This document shows positions 41,566 through 49,914 of a stretch of DNA of 64,000 bases, one piece after another. A program made the position numbers and the translations under genes. Every line of letters starts with the position of its first letter. Position 1 is the stretch's first letter. The stretch comes from Alphaproteobacteria bacterium. GTDB lineage: Bacteria; Pseudomonadota; Alphaproteobacteria; UBA9219; RGZA01. The notes under the pieces are model-generated. The model worked only from the letters and a program-made list of their open reading frames with translations, was not told the origin of the DNA and searched no databases. The stretch covers positions 91,661 through 155,660 of the forward strand of contig JAKFVN010000017.1 of the NCBI GenBank assembly GCA_021732145.1, read 5' to 3'.

Positions 41566-42749
41566 CCACGGCCGCAAAGCTTCCCGCGATCTCCTTACAA
41601 AAGCGTCAGGAAAAACGCATTCAATTCGGCCATCCTTGGGTGTATTCCAATGAAGTGGTGATGGATGAAACCGCTAAAAAACTACCGCCCGGCAGCGTGG
41701 CACGCGTATTGGCCGCTGATGGCCAATTGCTGGGCATGGCGCATTTTAATCCGCACACGCTGATTGCAGCGCGAATGCTGAATAAATTTATCGAACCCGT
41801 TGATAAGGATTTTTGGGTAAAGCGGCTATCGCAGGCCTTGGCGATGCGTGACCGGTTGTTTGATAAACCCTATTACCGGCTTGTGCATGCGGAGGCTGAT
41901 TTATGCCCCGGCCTGATTATTGACCGTTACGGCGATGTGGTGGTGATGCAGGCCAATACGGCTGGCATGAATGCATCGCGCGATGATTTGGTTGCAGCGC
42001 TTGATGAGCTGATTAAACCAAAAACCGTTTTGCTGCGCGGCGATAATCCATCCCGCGCGTTGGAAAAACTGCCGGAAGAAGTCGTGCTGCTCAAAGGCAA
42101 TGCACCTGAAGGCCTCGATGTATTTGAAAACGGTTTAACCTATTGCGCGGATATATCGGGCGGGCAGAAAACCGGCTGGTTTTATGATCAGCGCGCTAAC
42201 CGCGCCATGATTGCCAAATTGGCCAAAGGCCGCACCATGCTTGATTTATATACGCATACCGGCGGGTTTGGCCTGTGTGCTGCAAAGGCTGGCGCATCAT
42301 CTGTGCTGTGTGTTGATAGAAGCGAGCATTCATTAGCGCTAGCAAAGCAAGCCGCAGCAAAACAAAACTTGTCGCAGGTCAGTTTTGAACAAGAAGAAGT
42401 TTTCGAATTCTGCGAAAAGCACGGCAAGAGCAAGCGCTATGATATTGTGGTGGCTGACCCTCCGGCTTTTGCCAAAAGCAAAAAGGATGTTGGCGCAGCT
42501 TCGCGCGGTTACCGCAAGCTTGCCAAGCATTGTGCAGATATGATGGAAAAGGGCGGTTTCTTTTTCATCGCATCATGCAGCCATGCCATCAACCGCGAAC
42601 GCTTTGATGAAGAAGTATTGCGCGGTGTTTCCGATGCACGTCGCGGTGCGCGCATTCTGGCGCGAACAGGTGCGGATATGGATCACCCGACCCATCCGCA
42701 ATTGCCGGAAAGCGCATACCTGAAGGGGATATTGCTGCATGTGGATTAG
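41562..42749 (+). CDS. rlmI: Class I SAM-dependent 23S rRNA m5C methyltransferase, RlmI-like (PUA + MTase)
   Basis: 395 aa. N-terminal PUA-like domain, Rossmann MTase with a DxP-type motif (VVADPPAF). Confidence 0.75.
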   Translation: MTTAAKLPAISLQKRQEKRIQFGHPWVYSNEVVMDETAKKLPPGSVARVLAADGQLLGMAHFNPHTLIAARMLNKFIEPVDKDFWVKRLSQALAMRDRLFDKPYYRLVHAEADLCPGLIIDRYGDVVVMQANTAGMNASRDDLVAALDELIKPKTVLLRGDNPSRALEKLPEEVVLLKGNAPEGLDVFENGLTYCADISGGQKTGWFYDQRANRAMIAKLAKGRTMLDLYTHTGGFGLCAAKAGASSVLCVDRSEHSLALAKQAAAKQNLSQVSFEQEEVFEFCEKHGKSKRYDIVVADPPAFAKSKKDVGAASRGYRKLAKHCADMMEKGGFFFIASCSHAINRERFDEEVLRGVSDARRGARILARTGADMDHPTHPQLPESAYLKGILLHVD

Positions 42750-43194
42750 GCACCGCAATAAAATCCTCGCTATTCTTGCTTTAAGCGTGCTGGCCAACTT
42801 TGTGGCCTTTTTCCATATCTCCATCTCCGGCCTTTCAAACGCGCAACCCCCTACAGTTATTGAACAAGCAGCATCCAGCGAGAAGGATGGCCTGGCGCAG
42901 AGTTTTAAAATGACCGATTACCGCCGCACGCATATTCTGGTCGGCAGTGAAACAGGCGGCGGGCACCGCTTTGGCGCAGGCAAACCCGGCAAGACGGAAT
43001 TTCCGCAAAACTGGAGTGATGATAAAATCATTACCACGATTATCCGTATTGCCAATGACCAAAGTCTGCCCATGCGGCCATCGGGCCGCTATTGGCTGCG
43101 CATGGGCGAAGCAGAAAATTTGCAAATCCGAGTTGTGCTCAATAGGGAACGCGGGGAAATCGTCACGGGATATCCGGTTGAGAAACGCAAATGA
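42739..43194 (+). CDS. Secreted bacterial EndoU-family ribonuclease (toxin-type domain), stand-alone
   Basis: The N-terminal signal peptide ends ...SNA-QPP. The domain carries THILVGSETGGGHRFGAGKPGKTEFPQNWSDDKIITTI...IRVVLNRERGEIVTGYPV. This matches the HIL.G...GGGH..G.G.PGK.EFP..WSD.KI...I...GIVTGYP pattern that I recall from EndoU_bacteria/CdiA-CT and Rhs C-terminal RNase toxins. Confidence 0.5.
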   Translation: MWIRHRNKILAILALSVLANFVAFFHISISGLSNAQPPTVIEQAASSEKDGLAQSFKMTDYRRTHILVGSETGGGHRFGAGKPGKTEFPQNWSDDKIITTIIRIANDQSLPMRPSGRYWLRMGEAENLQIRVVLNRERGEIVTGYPVEKRK

Positions 43195-43430
43195 TACCTA
43201 AAATTGAAGAACGGTTGCGTGATTTATGGAAAAGCGTGCGCAGTAAAAAAACACCTTATCCGGATGCCGTAGACGATATTGAAGAATTTCTGGCAGCTGA
43301 AGAATGGGGCTTGGCGCTGGAGCATATCCTTGATTGGGCAGCAACAGAGAAAAAACTGGCGCATGCCGAGAAAATGGCCGCTGAAATCCGCGCGGAAATG
43401 AAGAAATTACCTGCTAAAAAGGCCAATTAA
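43191..43430 (+). CDS. Putative cognate immunity protein (79 aa, acidic, helical)
   Basis: The start ATG overlaps the toxin stop (ATGA). The small acidic protein is in the position typical of immunity genes. No family recognised. Confidence 0.4.
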   Translation: MIPKIEERLRDLWKSVRSKKTPYPDAVDDIEEFLAAEEWGLALEHILDWAATEKKLAHAEKMAAEIRAEMKKLPAKKAN

Positions 43431-44660
43431 TTCGATATGGTGTGACCATAAAAACTGGTCAAACACATGGATATTGGTCAGCTTATATCCGCCTTGCACC
43501 AATATCCGCGCATCACGCATGAAGGTGGCAGGGTTACAGCTGACATAGGCAATTCTTTGAACCTTGGAACGCGCCAGTTCAGTTGCCTGTTCCTTGGCAC
43601 CAGCGCGCGGCGGATCAAGGCACACGGCATCCGCATTCTTTAATTCAATTGCCTTTAATGGATCGCGGAACAAATTGCGGCGCTGCGCTGTAAAGCCGCT
43701 CAGGTTTTGTGAGACAGTTTGCAGCGCGCTGATGGCTGCGCCATCCACATCAACCGCCAGCACGATTTTCTGCTTGGTATAAACGTTCAGTGCAAACAAC
43801 CCCGTGCCGCAAAACAAATCAACAATCGATTTCGATTTTTCGAAAAGGGGCTTGATGCAGGAAAGCATAGCGGCTTCTGCTTCATCACTGGCTTGCATAA
43901 ATGCAACGGGCGGTAATGCCACATCAACATCGCCGTAACGACCACAAAGTGCTGCTTGACCCAATAAAAGCTGATTTTCTGCGTTGTCGTCCGCCCGCGT
44001 AAATAGCTGCGCAAGTTGTTGCGCTGCGCCCCAGCTAATCAATTCCTTGGTTTGATCGGCATTCAACGATGCGCCGCTTAATGCTACTTCAATTGCGCCA
44101 TTCAGTACCGTTGCATGCACAGATAATGACTGGCCATTATGCAAAACGGTACCAAGAATAGTTCGCAATGATTCAATTAATGTGACCAGTTGTGGTTTTA
44201 AAACCATACAGGCATCGATATTTACTAATTCATGGCTTTCGCGCTTATGAAAGCCAATATGTGTTTTGTCGTTTTCTTTCTTTACCGCAAAGGTTACACG
44301 GCGGCGTGATGCAGGCGGGGTTACAAATACGCTTTCAACGCGCGCAGCAAAGCCGTTTTTCTCTAGCAGATGATTAACTGCATCCCGTTTCCAATCGCGG
44401 TAAGCATTATCATTCATATGCTGCAAACGGCATCCGCCGCATTCCCCAAAGACAGGGCAGGGCGGGGTGGTACGCGCGGGGCTTGGCGTTAAAACCTCCA
44501 CCAGCTTGCCATGCAAATGCCCTTTAAATTGCGTTATTTCTGCGCGAATGGCTTCGCCTGCCAGTGTAAAAGGAACATCCACCAAGCCGTCATTGGTTTG
44601 CGCAAGGCCGTCACCTTCATTCCCAATATGCGAAATGGTCAAATCGCGCAGATTGCTCAT
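43407..44660 (-). CDS. rlmD: 23S rRNA (uracil-5)-methyltransferase RlmD/RumA family (TRAM + 4Fe-4S Cys cluster + MTase)
   Basis: 417 aa. N-terminal TRAM domain, Cys cluster CPVFGECGGCRLQH, C-terminal m5U MTase with the catalytic ...VSCNP... motif. Confidence 0.8.
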   Translation of the reverse strand: MSNLRDLTISHIGNEGDGLAQTNDGLVDVPFTLAGEAIRAEITQFKGHLHGKLVEVLTPSPARTTPPCPVFGECGGCRLQHMNDNAYRDWKRDAVNHLLEKNGFAARVESVFVTPPASRRRVTFAVKKENDKTHIGFHKRESHELVNIDACMVLKPQLVTLIESLRTILGTVLHNGQSLSVHATVLNGAIEVALSGASLNADQTKELISWGAAQQLAQLFTRADDNAENQLLLGQAALCGRYGDVDVALPPVAFMQASDEAEAAMLSCIKPLFEKSKSIVDLFCGTGLFALNVYTKQKIVLAVDVDGAAISALQTVSQNLSGFTAQRRNLFRDPLKAIELKNADAVCLDPPRAGAKEQATELARSKVQRIAYVSCNPATFMRDARILVQGGYKLTNIHVFDQFLWSHHIELIGLFSR

Positions 44661-45082
44661 GTCTGTTCAAGCTTGGTGCGGATATCGGCTGGAATTCTCT
44701 CAGGGCGGCGCGTTTTGCTGCCAATCCACACCGATACGGTTTCACCTAAGGCAACGCAGGTATTGCCCACAAATATCCCGCCGCAGGATGTCATGGATGT
44801 TTCACCAAGACGCAGCAAGCGTTGGCCAACACGAATTTTATTTGGGTAGCGAAGTTCGTTGATAAACAGGATGGTATTCTTGGCGAGCACGAAATGCGCA
44901 TCGGTCGTCCAACCTTTGGGCTGCACCTTTTCCAAAAGCGCCATACGCGCGGTTTCAAAATAAATGCCAATCACATTATTGTTCACATGATTGTATGCAT
45001 CCAAATCATGAAAGCGCACGCTTTCATCAATCCAATGGGTGTAATAGCTAGGTTGTTCGCGTTCGGGGTGTTCGTTTGCCAT
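44657..45082 (-). CDS. Acyl-CoA thioesterase, 4HBT/YbgC (hotdog fold) family
   Basis: 141 aa. HDLDAYNHVNNNVIGIYFETAR hotdog active-site region. Overlaps the rlmD start. Confidence 0.75.
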   Translation of the reverse strand: MANEHPEREQPSYYTHWIDESVRFHDLDAYNHVNNNVIGIYFETARMALLEKVQPKGWTTDAHFVLAKNTILFINELRYPNKIRVGQRLLRLGETSMTSCGGIFVGNTCVALGETVSVWIGSKTRRPERIPADIRTKLEQT

Positions 45083-45193
45083 ATTTATTACCGGAAAAGG
45101 CCTGTTTTATTGCGATTTAGAGATTTCCCTATTCTTTTACGCCTGCTTCGATTAGAAGAAAACAAAATTAAACTAACCTTTTAAGGACACATC

Positions 45194-45451
45194 ATGGCCG
45201 ATACCCAGACACAAAGTGCTGAAGCATTATTTGAAAAAGCACTTGAAGTTGCTGACAAGCATTTAAGCGCAGCAGCAGCTGAAGCTGGCCCGCTCGCCGA
45301 TTACGTGGTGGTTGCGATGATTGAAACCGCCGTGAACCGCGCGGTGGATGTTGCCGGTCATGCCGATATTGTTGACATGCTGCGCGACCTTGCGACGCAA
45401 ATCGAATCCGATATGGATGATGAAGACGATCTCGAAGAAGACGACGCTTAG
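45194..45451 (+). CDS. Small acidic hypothetical protein (85 aa)
   Basis: ORF with a strongly acidic C-terminus (DMDDEDDLEEDDA). No motif recognised. Confidence 0.4.
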   Translation: MADTQTQSAEALFEKALEVADKHLSAAAAEAGPLADYVVVAMIETAVNRAVDVAGHADIVDMLRDLATQIESDMDDEDDLEEDDA

Positions 45452-45484
45452 TTTTAAAAGAAAATTCTACTATGGATGCCCTAT

Positions 45485-45973
45485 ATGGATGCTAGGGGAT
45501 ATTTTTCAGTCGGCGTTGAAGGCATCAGCAAATCTTTCAACCTTGGAAACCTGATGCGCACGGCGCATGCCTTTGGTGCCAGCTCCTTTTTTACGGTTAA
45601 CGATGCCATTGTGATGAGCGAGGTGCGGGGCACCGATACCAGCGATTCATCCCTGCATTTGCCGTTCTATCGCTACCCATCGGTGGCCGACCTTGTATTG
45701 CCAAAAGATTGCGTATTGGTCGGCGTTGAATTGCTGGATGATGCCGTGAACCTCCCCAGCTTCCGCCACCCGTTGCGTGCTGCATACGTGCTTGGCCCTG
45801 AAATGGGTTCGCTGTCACCGGAATTGATTAAGCGGTGCGAGCACACCGTAAAAATTCCTGCCAAATTCTGCGTGAACGTAGGCGTTGCAGGAGCATTGGT
45901 CATGTATGACCGCATGGTCAGCCTAGGCCGTTATGCCGAACGCCCTGTTGGTACCAGCGCGCATATTAAATAA
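45485..45973 (+). CDS. SpoU/TrmH-family (SPOUT) RNA 2'-O-methyltransferase
   Basis: About 160 aa. SPOUT C-terminal motifs LGPEMGSLSPE ... NVGVAGALVMYD. Confidence 0.75.
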   Translation: MDARGYFSVGVEGISKSFNLGNLMRTAHAFGASSFFTVNDAIVMSEVRGTDTSDSSLHLPFYRYPSVADLVLPKDCVLVGVELLDDAVNLPSFRHPLRAAYVLGPEMGSLSPELIKRCEHTVKIPAKFCVNVGVAGALVMYDRMVSLGRYAERPVGTSAHIK

Positions 45974-45984
45974 CGCGCAAATAA

Positions 45985-46629
45985 TTATTTCTTATCGCCA
46001 AATACAAACGACATCAGGCATTGCAGCAAGCTAGGCTTATCGCTTGGCGCAGGTGTAATCACCAGAAATAATGTTTCACTGGTGGTAGTCGCGCGGGCCG
46101 CTGATTTTGGTTTTACAATATCGCCGCGTTGATAATCATCCAGCCCGCCATTCAAAATCAGCAATATTGCATCTTTATCAAACACAATGCTTGCCAGTGA
46201 CTGGCGTGCACTGATTTTATAAATCATGGTCGTGCGTTCGCCGGGCATGCTCCAGCTGGAAATCATGCCGCTTGTTTCCCAGCGGATGCGTTCACCCGTC
46301 ACACCTGCAAAAGGCTGCAACGGTTCGGGGTAATGAAATGCGTTGGCCTGTTTAATTGGAATGGTCACGTCAATGCACGCAATTGGGCCATGCTCATCAA
46401 TTTTGGAAAGCAGGTTTTGCAAACAACCCACATCCAGTTCTTCCGGCGGCAAGCTTTCCAAACCCAAGCCAGCCTGCGATTCATAGGCCTGCAATTCCTG
46501 ACGGCATTGCGGGCAATAGGAGAGATGGCTTGCAACAAACATGTGCATCGTCGGGCTAAGCGTGCCCGCGGCATAGCGCAGCAAGGTATTGCAGCATGGA
46601 TGATGGTGTGGGTGCGATTGGGCTGTCAT
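45985..46629 (-). CDS. chrR: ChrR-family anti-sigma factor (zinc-binding ASD + cupin domain)
   Basis: N-terminal H..LL.Y..G.L...........HL..C..CR zinc anti-sigma motif, C-terminal cupin. Start overlaps the stop of the upstream ECF sigma gene. Confidence 0.75.
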   Translation of the reverse strand: MTAQSHPHHHPCCNTLLRYAAGTLSPTMHMFVASHLSYCPQCRQELQAYESQAGLGLESLPPEELDVGCLQNLLSKIDEHGPIACIDVTIPIKQANAFHYPEPLQPFAGVTGERIRWETSGMISSWSMPGERTTMIYKISARQSLASIVFDKDAILLILNGGLDDYQRGDIVKPKSAARATTTSETLFLVITPAPSDKPSLLQCLMSFVFGDKK

Positions 46630-47222
46630 ATCGGTTCTCTCTTTACTTTCTCACGTAGATGGTCGAGCGCAAGGCGCAAACGTGACTTAACGGTGCCAAG
46701 CGGAATTTTCCGCGCCTTGGCAATCATGCGCTGCGAGCGTTCCTTGAAATAAGCTTCTTCAATAATGTCGCGCTGCGCGGGGGAAAGTTTGGCAACGGCA
46801 CTGCGCAACTCAACACTCTGTTCTTCGGCAGCGATGCTTTGCGTCTGGTCATATGACCCTTCAGGCAGCAAGGCCGGGTCGCTGTAATCAACCATATTGT
46901 TTTTTTGCGCGCGCCACGCATCAATCAACCGGTTACGCGCAATCGTATAAATCCACGTGCTGGGACGTGATTTGGCGGCATCAAACTGACTGGCGCGGTT
47001 CCATACCTGCAGCATCACATCCTGCGTGATGTCATCGGCCTGCGTGCCGTCCACGCCCTGGCGGCGCAAATACGCCTTTACGCGCGGCGCGTAATAGTTA
47101 AAGAGCGCCACAAATGCAGATTTATCCTGCTGCGTGGTAATTTTGCCAAGCCAGATAATAGCGTCATCATGTGCTTGCGAAGCAGGCGGCTTAGGTGGTG
47201 TCTGGGGGGGGCTTGCGTCCAT
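46626..47222 (-). CDS. rpoE: ECF (sigma-70 family, RpoE-like) sigma factor
   Basis: 198 aa. Region-2 motifs (DITQDVMLQVW) and a region-4 HTH. Cotranscribed with chrR. Contains a C8 tract at codons 4-6. Confidence 0.85.
   Translation of the reverse strand: MDASPPQTPPKPPASQAHDDAIIWLGKITTQQDKSAFVALFNYYAPRVKAYLRRQGVDGTQADDITQDVMLQVWNRASQFDAAKSRPSTWIYTIARNRLIDAWRAQKNNMVDYSDPALLPEGSYDQTQSIAAEEQSVELRSAVAKLSPAQRDIIEEAYFKERSQRMIAKARKIPLGTVKSRLRLALDHLREKVKREPI
47204..47211. repeat. G8/C8 homopolymeric tract at the 5' end of the ECF sigma CDS
   Basis: Eight consecutive G on the + strand, encoding S-P-P at residues 4-6 on the - strand. Confidence 0.9.
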
Positions 47223-47349
47223 GCCAATAAACTAGACCGCGATCGCTTGGCAGGAAAGCCCCTTGATTTCATGCCAAACGTGAATCGCCGGTCTTGCATA
47301 AGGTTATGTTGTTCATCATTTTTCCACCTTTTTGAACTAAGCCATAACT

Positions 47350-47949
47350 ATGCATAATCGTTTATTCATCCTGCTTTTAATCATGCTGCTGGTACCCAAT
47401 GGTGCTTTTGCAAAGGACAATAACGCACCCAAAAAACTGGGCAGCTTTCAAGGCTGGGAAGTATATGAAACAAAGCAAGGGGCGACCCCCACCTGTTACA
47501 TGACCCTGCGCCCCGCCAAGCAGGATTATAAAATTCCTGCGCCTGTAAAAGCAAATATCGCAGCAAAGTCGAAAGACAAAGCCAAAAAAACTGAAACCGT
47601 TTCAGCAAAACGCAGCTCAGAACGAACAAATGTGTATTTGATGATTACGTTCCGCCCATCGGAAAGCATGAATCCGGTCGTCAGCTACCGCGCAGGGTAT
47701 ATTTTCAAACAGGCATCCGAAGTGCTGCTCAGCACCGGCGAAAAACCGTTTAATATGTTCACCGATAAGGATCAGGCATGGGCCAGAAGTGGCGCAATGG
47801 ATATCGCCATCACCAATGCCATAAGAAAGGCAAAGCGCATTACCGTTCAGGGCGGCTCAACCGATAATGGCAAAAGTAGCGATAGCTTTAATGCCGATGG
47901 CGCAGAAAAAGCATATAAAGCAACCACTAAAGCCTGTGGCATTACCTGA
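47350..47949 (+). CDS. Periplasmic IalB-like (invasion-associated locus B family) protein
   Basis: Signal peptide, about 170-aa mature protein. GWEVYE...C...LRP resembles the IalB family. Weak call. Confidence 0.45.
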   Translation: MHNRLFILLLIMLLVPNGAFAKDNNAPKKLGSFQGWEVYETKQGATPTCYMTLRPAKQDYKIPAPVKANIAAKSKDKAKKTETVSAKRSSERTNVYLMITFRPSESMNPVVSYRAGYIFKQASEVLLSTGEKPFNMFTDKDQAWARSGAMDIAITNAIRKAKRITVQGGSTDNGKSSDSFNADGAEKAYKATTKACGIT

Positions 47950-48001
47950 TTTTAATTTGGCTTTTGACATCAGCAAGCCAAATCGCCACATTCCTTCCAT
48001 C

Positions 48002-49135
48002 ATGGAACAAGCTAAGAAATCCCTTATTGGTTTACCGCGCGAAGAATTGCTCGCGGCTGTTGCGCCTTTGGGCGTAGAGCCGTTTCGCGCCAAGCAACTC
48101 TGGCACTGGATGTATGTGCGCGGCGTGACCGATTTTGCGCTGATGACCAGCTTTTCAAAGCCACTGCGCGAAGAACTGGCGAAGCATTTTGTGGTGCAGC
48201 GCCCCGCGATTACCGAAGCGCAGAAATCGGTCGATGGCACGCAAAAATGGCTGCTATCCATGAACGATAATCAAAAAGTGGAAATGGTGCATATTCCATC
48301 GGTCACGCGCGACATTGGCGCGCTGTGCATTTCCAGCCAGGTGGGCTGCACGCTGACCTGTCGTTTCTGCCATACCGGTACGCAGCGTTTGGTGCGCAAT
48401 CTGGATGCCACGGAAATTATCGGGCAAGTGATGCTGGCGCGCGACCAATTGGGTGACTGGACTGCGCAAAGCCAGGATCGCTTGCTCAACAACATTGTCT
48501 TCATGGGCATGGGCGAGCCTCTCTATAATTACGACCAGGTTTCCAAGGCGATTAAGATGCTGACCGACCCTGATGGCATCTCCATCTCCAAACGCCGCAT
48601 TACGTTGTCCACTTCGGGTGTCGTGCCGATGATGAAGCAATGCGGTGAAGAATTGGGCGTGAATTTGGCCATCAGCCTGCATGCAACCAATGATGAATTG
48701 CGCAATCACATCATGCCGTTGAACCGCAAATACCCTATTAAAGAATTAATGGAAGCATGCCGCAATTATCCGGGCCTTTCCAATTCGCGCCGTATTACCT
48801 TTGAATATGTAATGCTAAAGGGCGTGAATGACAGCATTGCCGATGCCAAGGCATTGGTAAAATTGCTGGCGGGCATTCCATCGAAAGTGAATCTTATCCC
48901 GTTCAATGCATGGCCTGGCTCGGCATTTGAATGCAGTGATGATGATACGATTGAAGCCTTTGGCGATTATCTGAACAATGCCGGTTATGTCAGCCCCATC
49001 CGCCGCCCGCGCGGCCGCGATATTCTGGCGGCATGTGGCCAGCTGAAATCCGCATCCATGAAGCTCAGCGTAACCGAACGCGCGGCGATTGCCGAATTGC
49101 AGCGCGAAAAAGAACTGGCGCAAGGGTTGGTATAA
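48002..49135 (+). CDS. rlmN: Dual-specificity rRNA/tRNA adenosine-C2 methyltransferase RlmN (radical SAM)
   Basis: [11 protein letters not shown] radical-SAM cluster motif and a typical RlmN N-terminus from [16 protein letters not shown]. The track ORF starts upstream at 47867. Confidence 0.9.
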   Translation: MEQAKKSLIGLPREELLAAVAPLGVEPFRAKQLWHWMYVRGVTDFALMTSFSKPLREELAKHFVVQRPAITEAQKSVDGTQKWLLSMNDNQKVEMVHIPSVTRDIGALCISSQVGCTLTCRFCHTGTQRLVRNLDATEIIGQVMLARDQLGDWTAQSQDRLLNNIVFMGMGEPLYNYDQVSKAIKMLTDPDGISISKRRITLSTSGVVPMMKQCGEELGVNLAISLHATNDELRNHIMPLNRKYPIKELMEACRNYPGLSNSRRITFEYVMLKGVNDSIADAKALVKLLAGIPSKVNLIPFNAWPGSAFECSDDDTIEAFGDYLNNAGYVSPIRRPRGRDILAACGQLKSASMKLSVTERAAIAELQREKELAQGLV

Positions 49136-49136
49136 G

Positions 49137-49367
49137 ATGAACCATCCTGCCATTCCAACCCTGCTTGCCTGTATTCTTTCGCTTTATCCCCTTATGAAAC
49201 TGTTTGCGCGCGTTGGATTGCCGCGTTCATTTGCATTGCTCGTCTTCGCATCGATGGTTGTTCCATTTTCAGGCTACATGCTAACTGCGCTGATGCTTAG
49301 TCGGCCTTGGCCAAAATTTCCAAAAGCGGAGCCCAAGCCGAAACCCGTTAAGCTGGAGATTGTGTAA
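49137..49367 (+). CDS. Small 2-TM membrane protein (76 aa), paralogue 1
   Basis: ATG 1 nt after the rlmN stop. Shares the ...AR.G...ALL......V...G...LAL pattern with the next ORF. Confidence 0.45.
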   Translation: MNHPAIPTLLACILSLYPLMKLFARVGLPRSFALLVFASMVVPFSGYMLTALMLSRPWPKFPKAEPKPKPVKLEIV

Positions 49368-49612
49368 TGGAACAGCTTAAACCCATTCTGGATGCGCTTT
49401 ATGCCCCGCAGGCATGGTTCCTTGCGCAATCGCATTATGTGTCGATGACCATTGTGGGGCTGGTTATTGCGGCCACGCTTACGCTATCGGGCTTTGTGCT
49501 AGCGCGCCTTGGCTATAAGCCGCTTTGGGCATTGCTGCTTATCGTGCCAACGGCTAATGTTATTGGCTTGTGGGTCTTGGCACTGGTAAAGTTTCCAAGA
49601 GAGAAAAACTAA
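49367..49612 (+). CDS. Small 2-TM membrane protein (81 aa), paralogue 2
   Basis: Start overlaps the previous stop (TAATG). Paralogous to the preceding ORF. Confidence 0.45.
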   Translation: MEQLKPILDALYAPQAWFLAQSHYVSMTIVGLVIAATLTLSGFVLARLGYKPLWALLLIVPTANVIGLWVLALVKFPREKN

Positions 49613-49629
49613 GCTTCTAGGAGAAAAAA

Positions 49630-49902
49630 ATGGCAGCAGGAAATACAAAAACAATTATCATCACCGCGCTCGTTGTTGCGGTTATCTTGGTTGGCGGTTA
49701 CTTATTGTTCCAGCCGCCACGCCCGCAAACACTCGGCGAAAAGATTGATGCGGCTGCTGAAGAAATATCCAAGGGTATGGATAAGGCGGCAGGAAGCTTT
49801 GATGACCGCTCACCTGCGCAAAAAGCAGCTGATGATGCCGCCCAGGCAGCAAAAGAATTTGGCGATAAAGCCAAAGCCGCCATGGAAGGTAAAAAAGAGT
49901 AA
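49630..49902 (+). CDS. Small membrane-anchored protein with Ala/Lys/Asp-rich tail (90 aa)
   Basis: Strong AGGAG RBS 7 nt upstream. One TM helix, then a low-complexity helical tail. Confidence 0.5.
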   Translation: MAAGNTKTIIITALVVAVILVGGYLLFQPPRPQTLGEKIDAAAEEISKGMDKAAGSFDDRSPAQKAADDAAQAAKEFGDKAKAAMEGKKE

Positions 49903-49914
49903 GGCAAAAAAGGG

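Noticed and set aside
47223-47349. RpoE-type autoregulated promoter (TGATCC-N17-TAAGA-like) upstream of the ECF sigma gene
   Set aside because: I only found GCGATCGC/ttattgg fragments too close to the ATG. I could not place a convincing match by eye.
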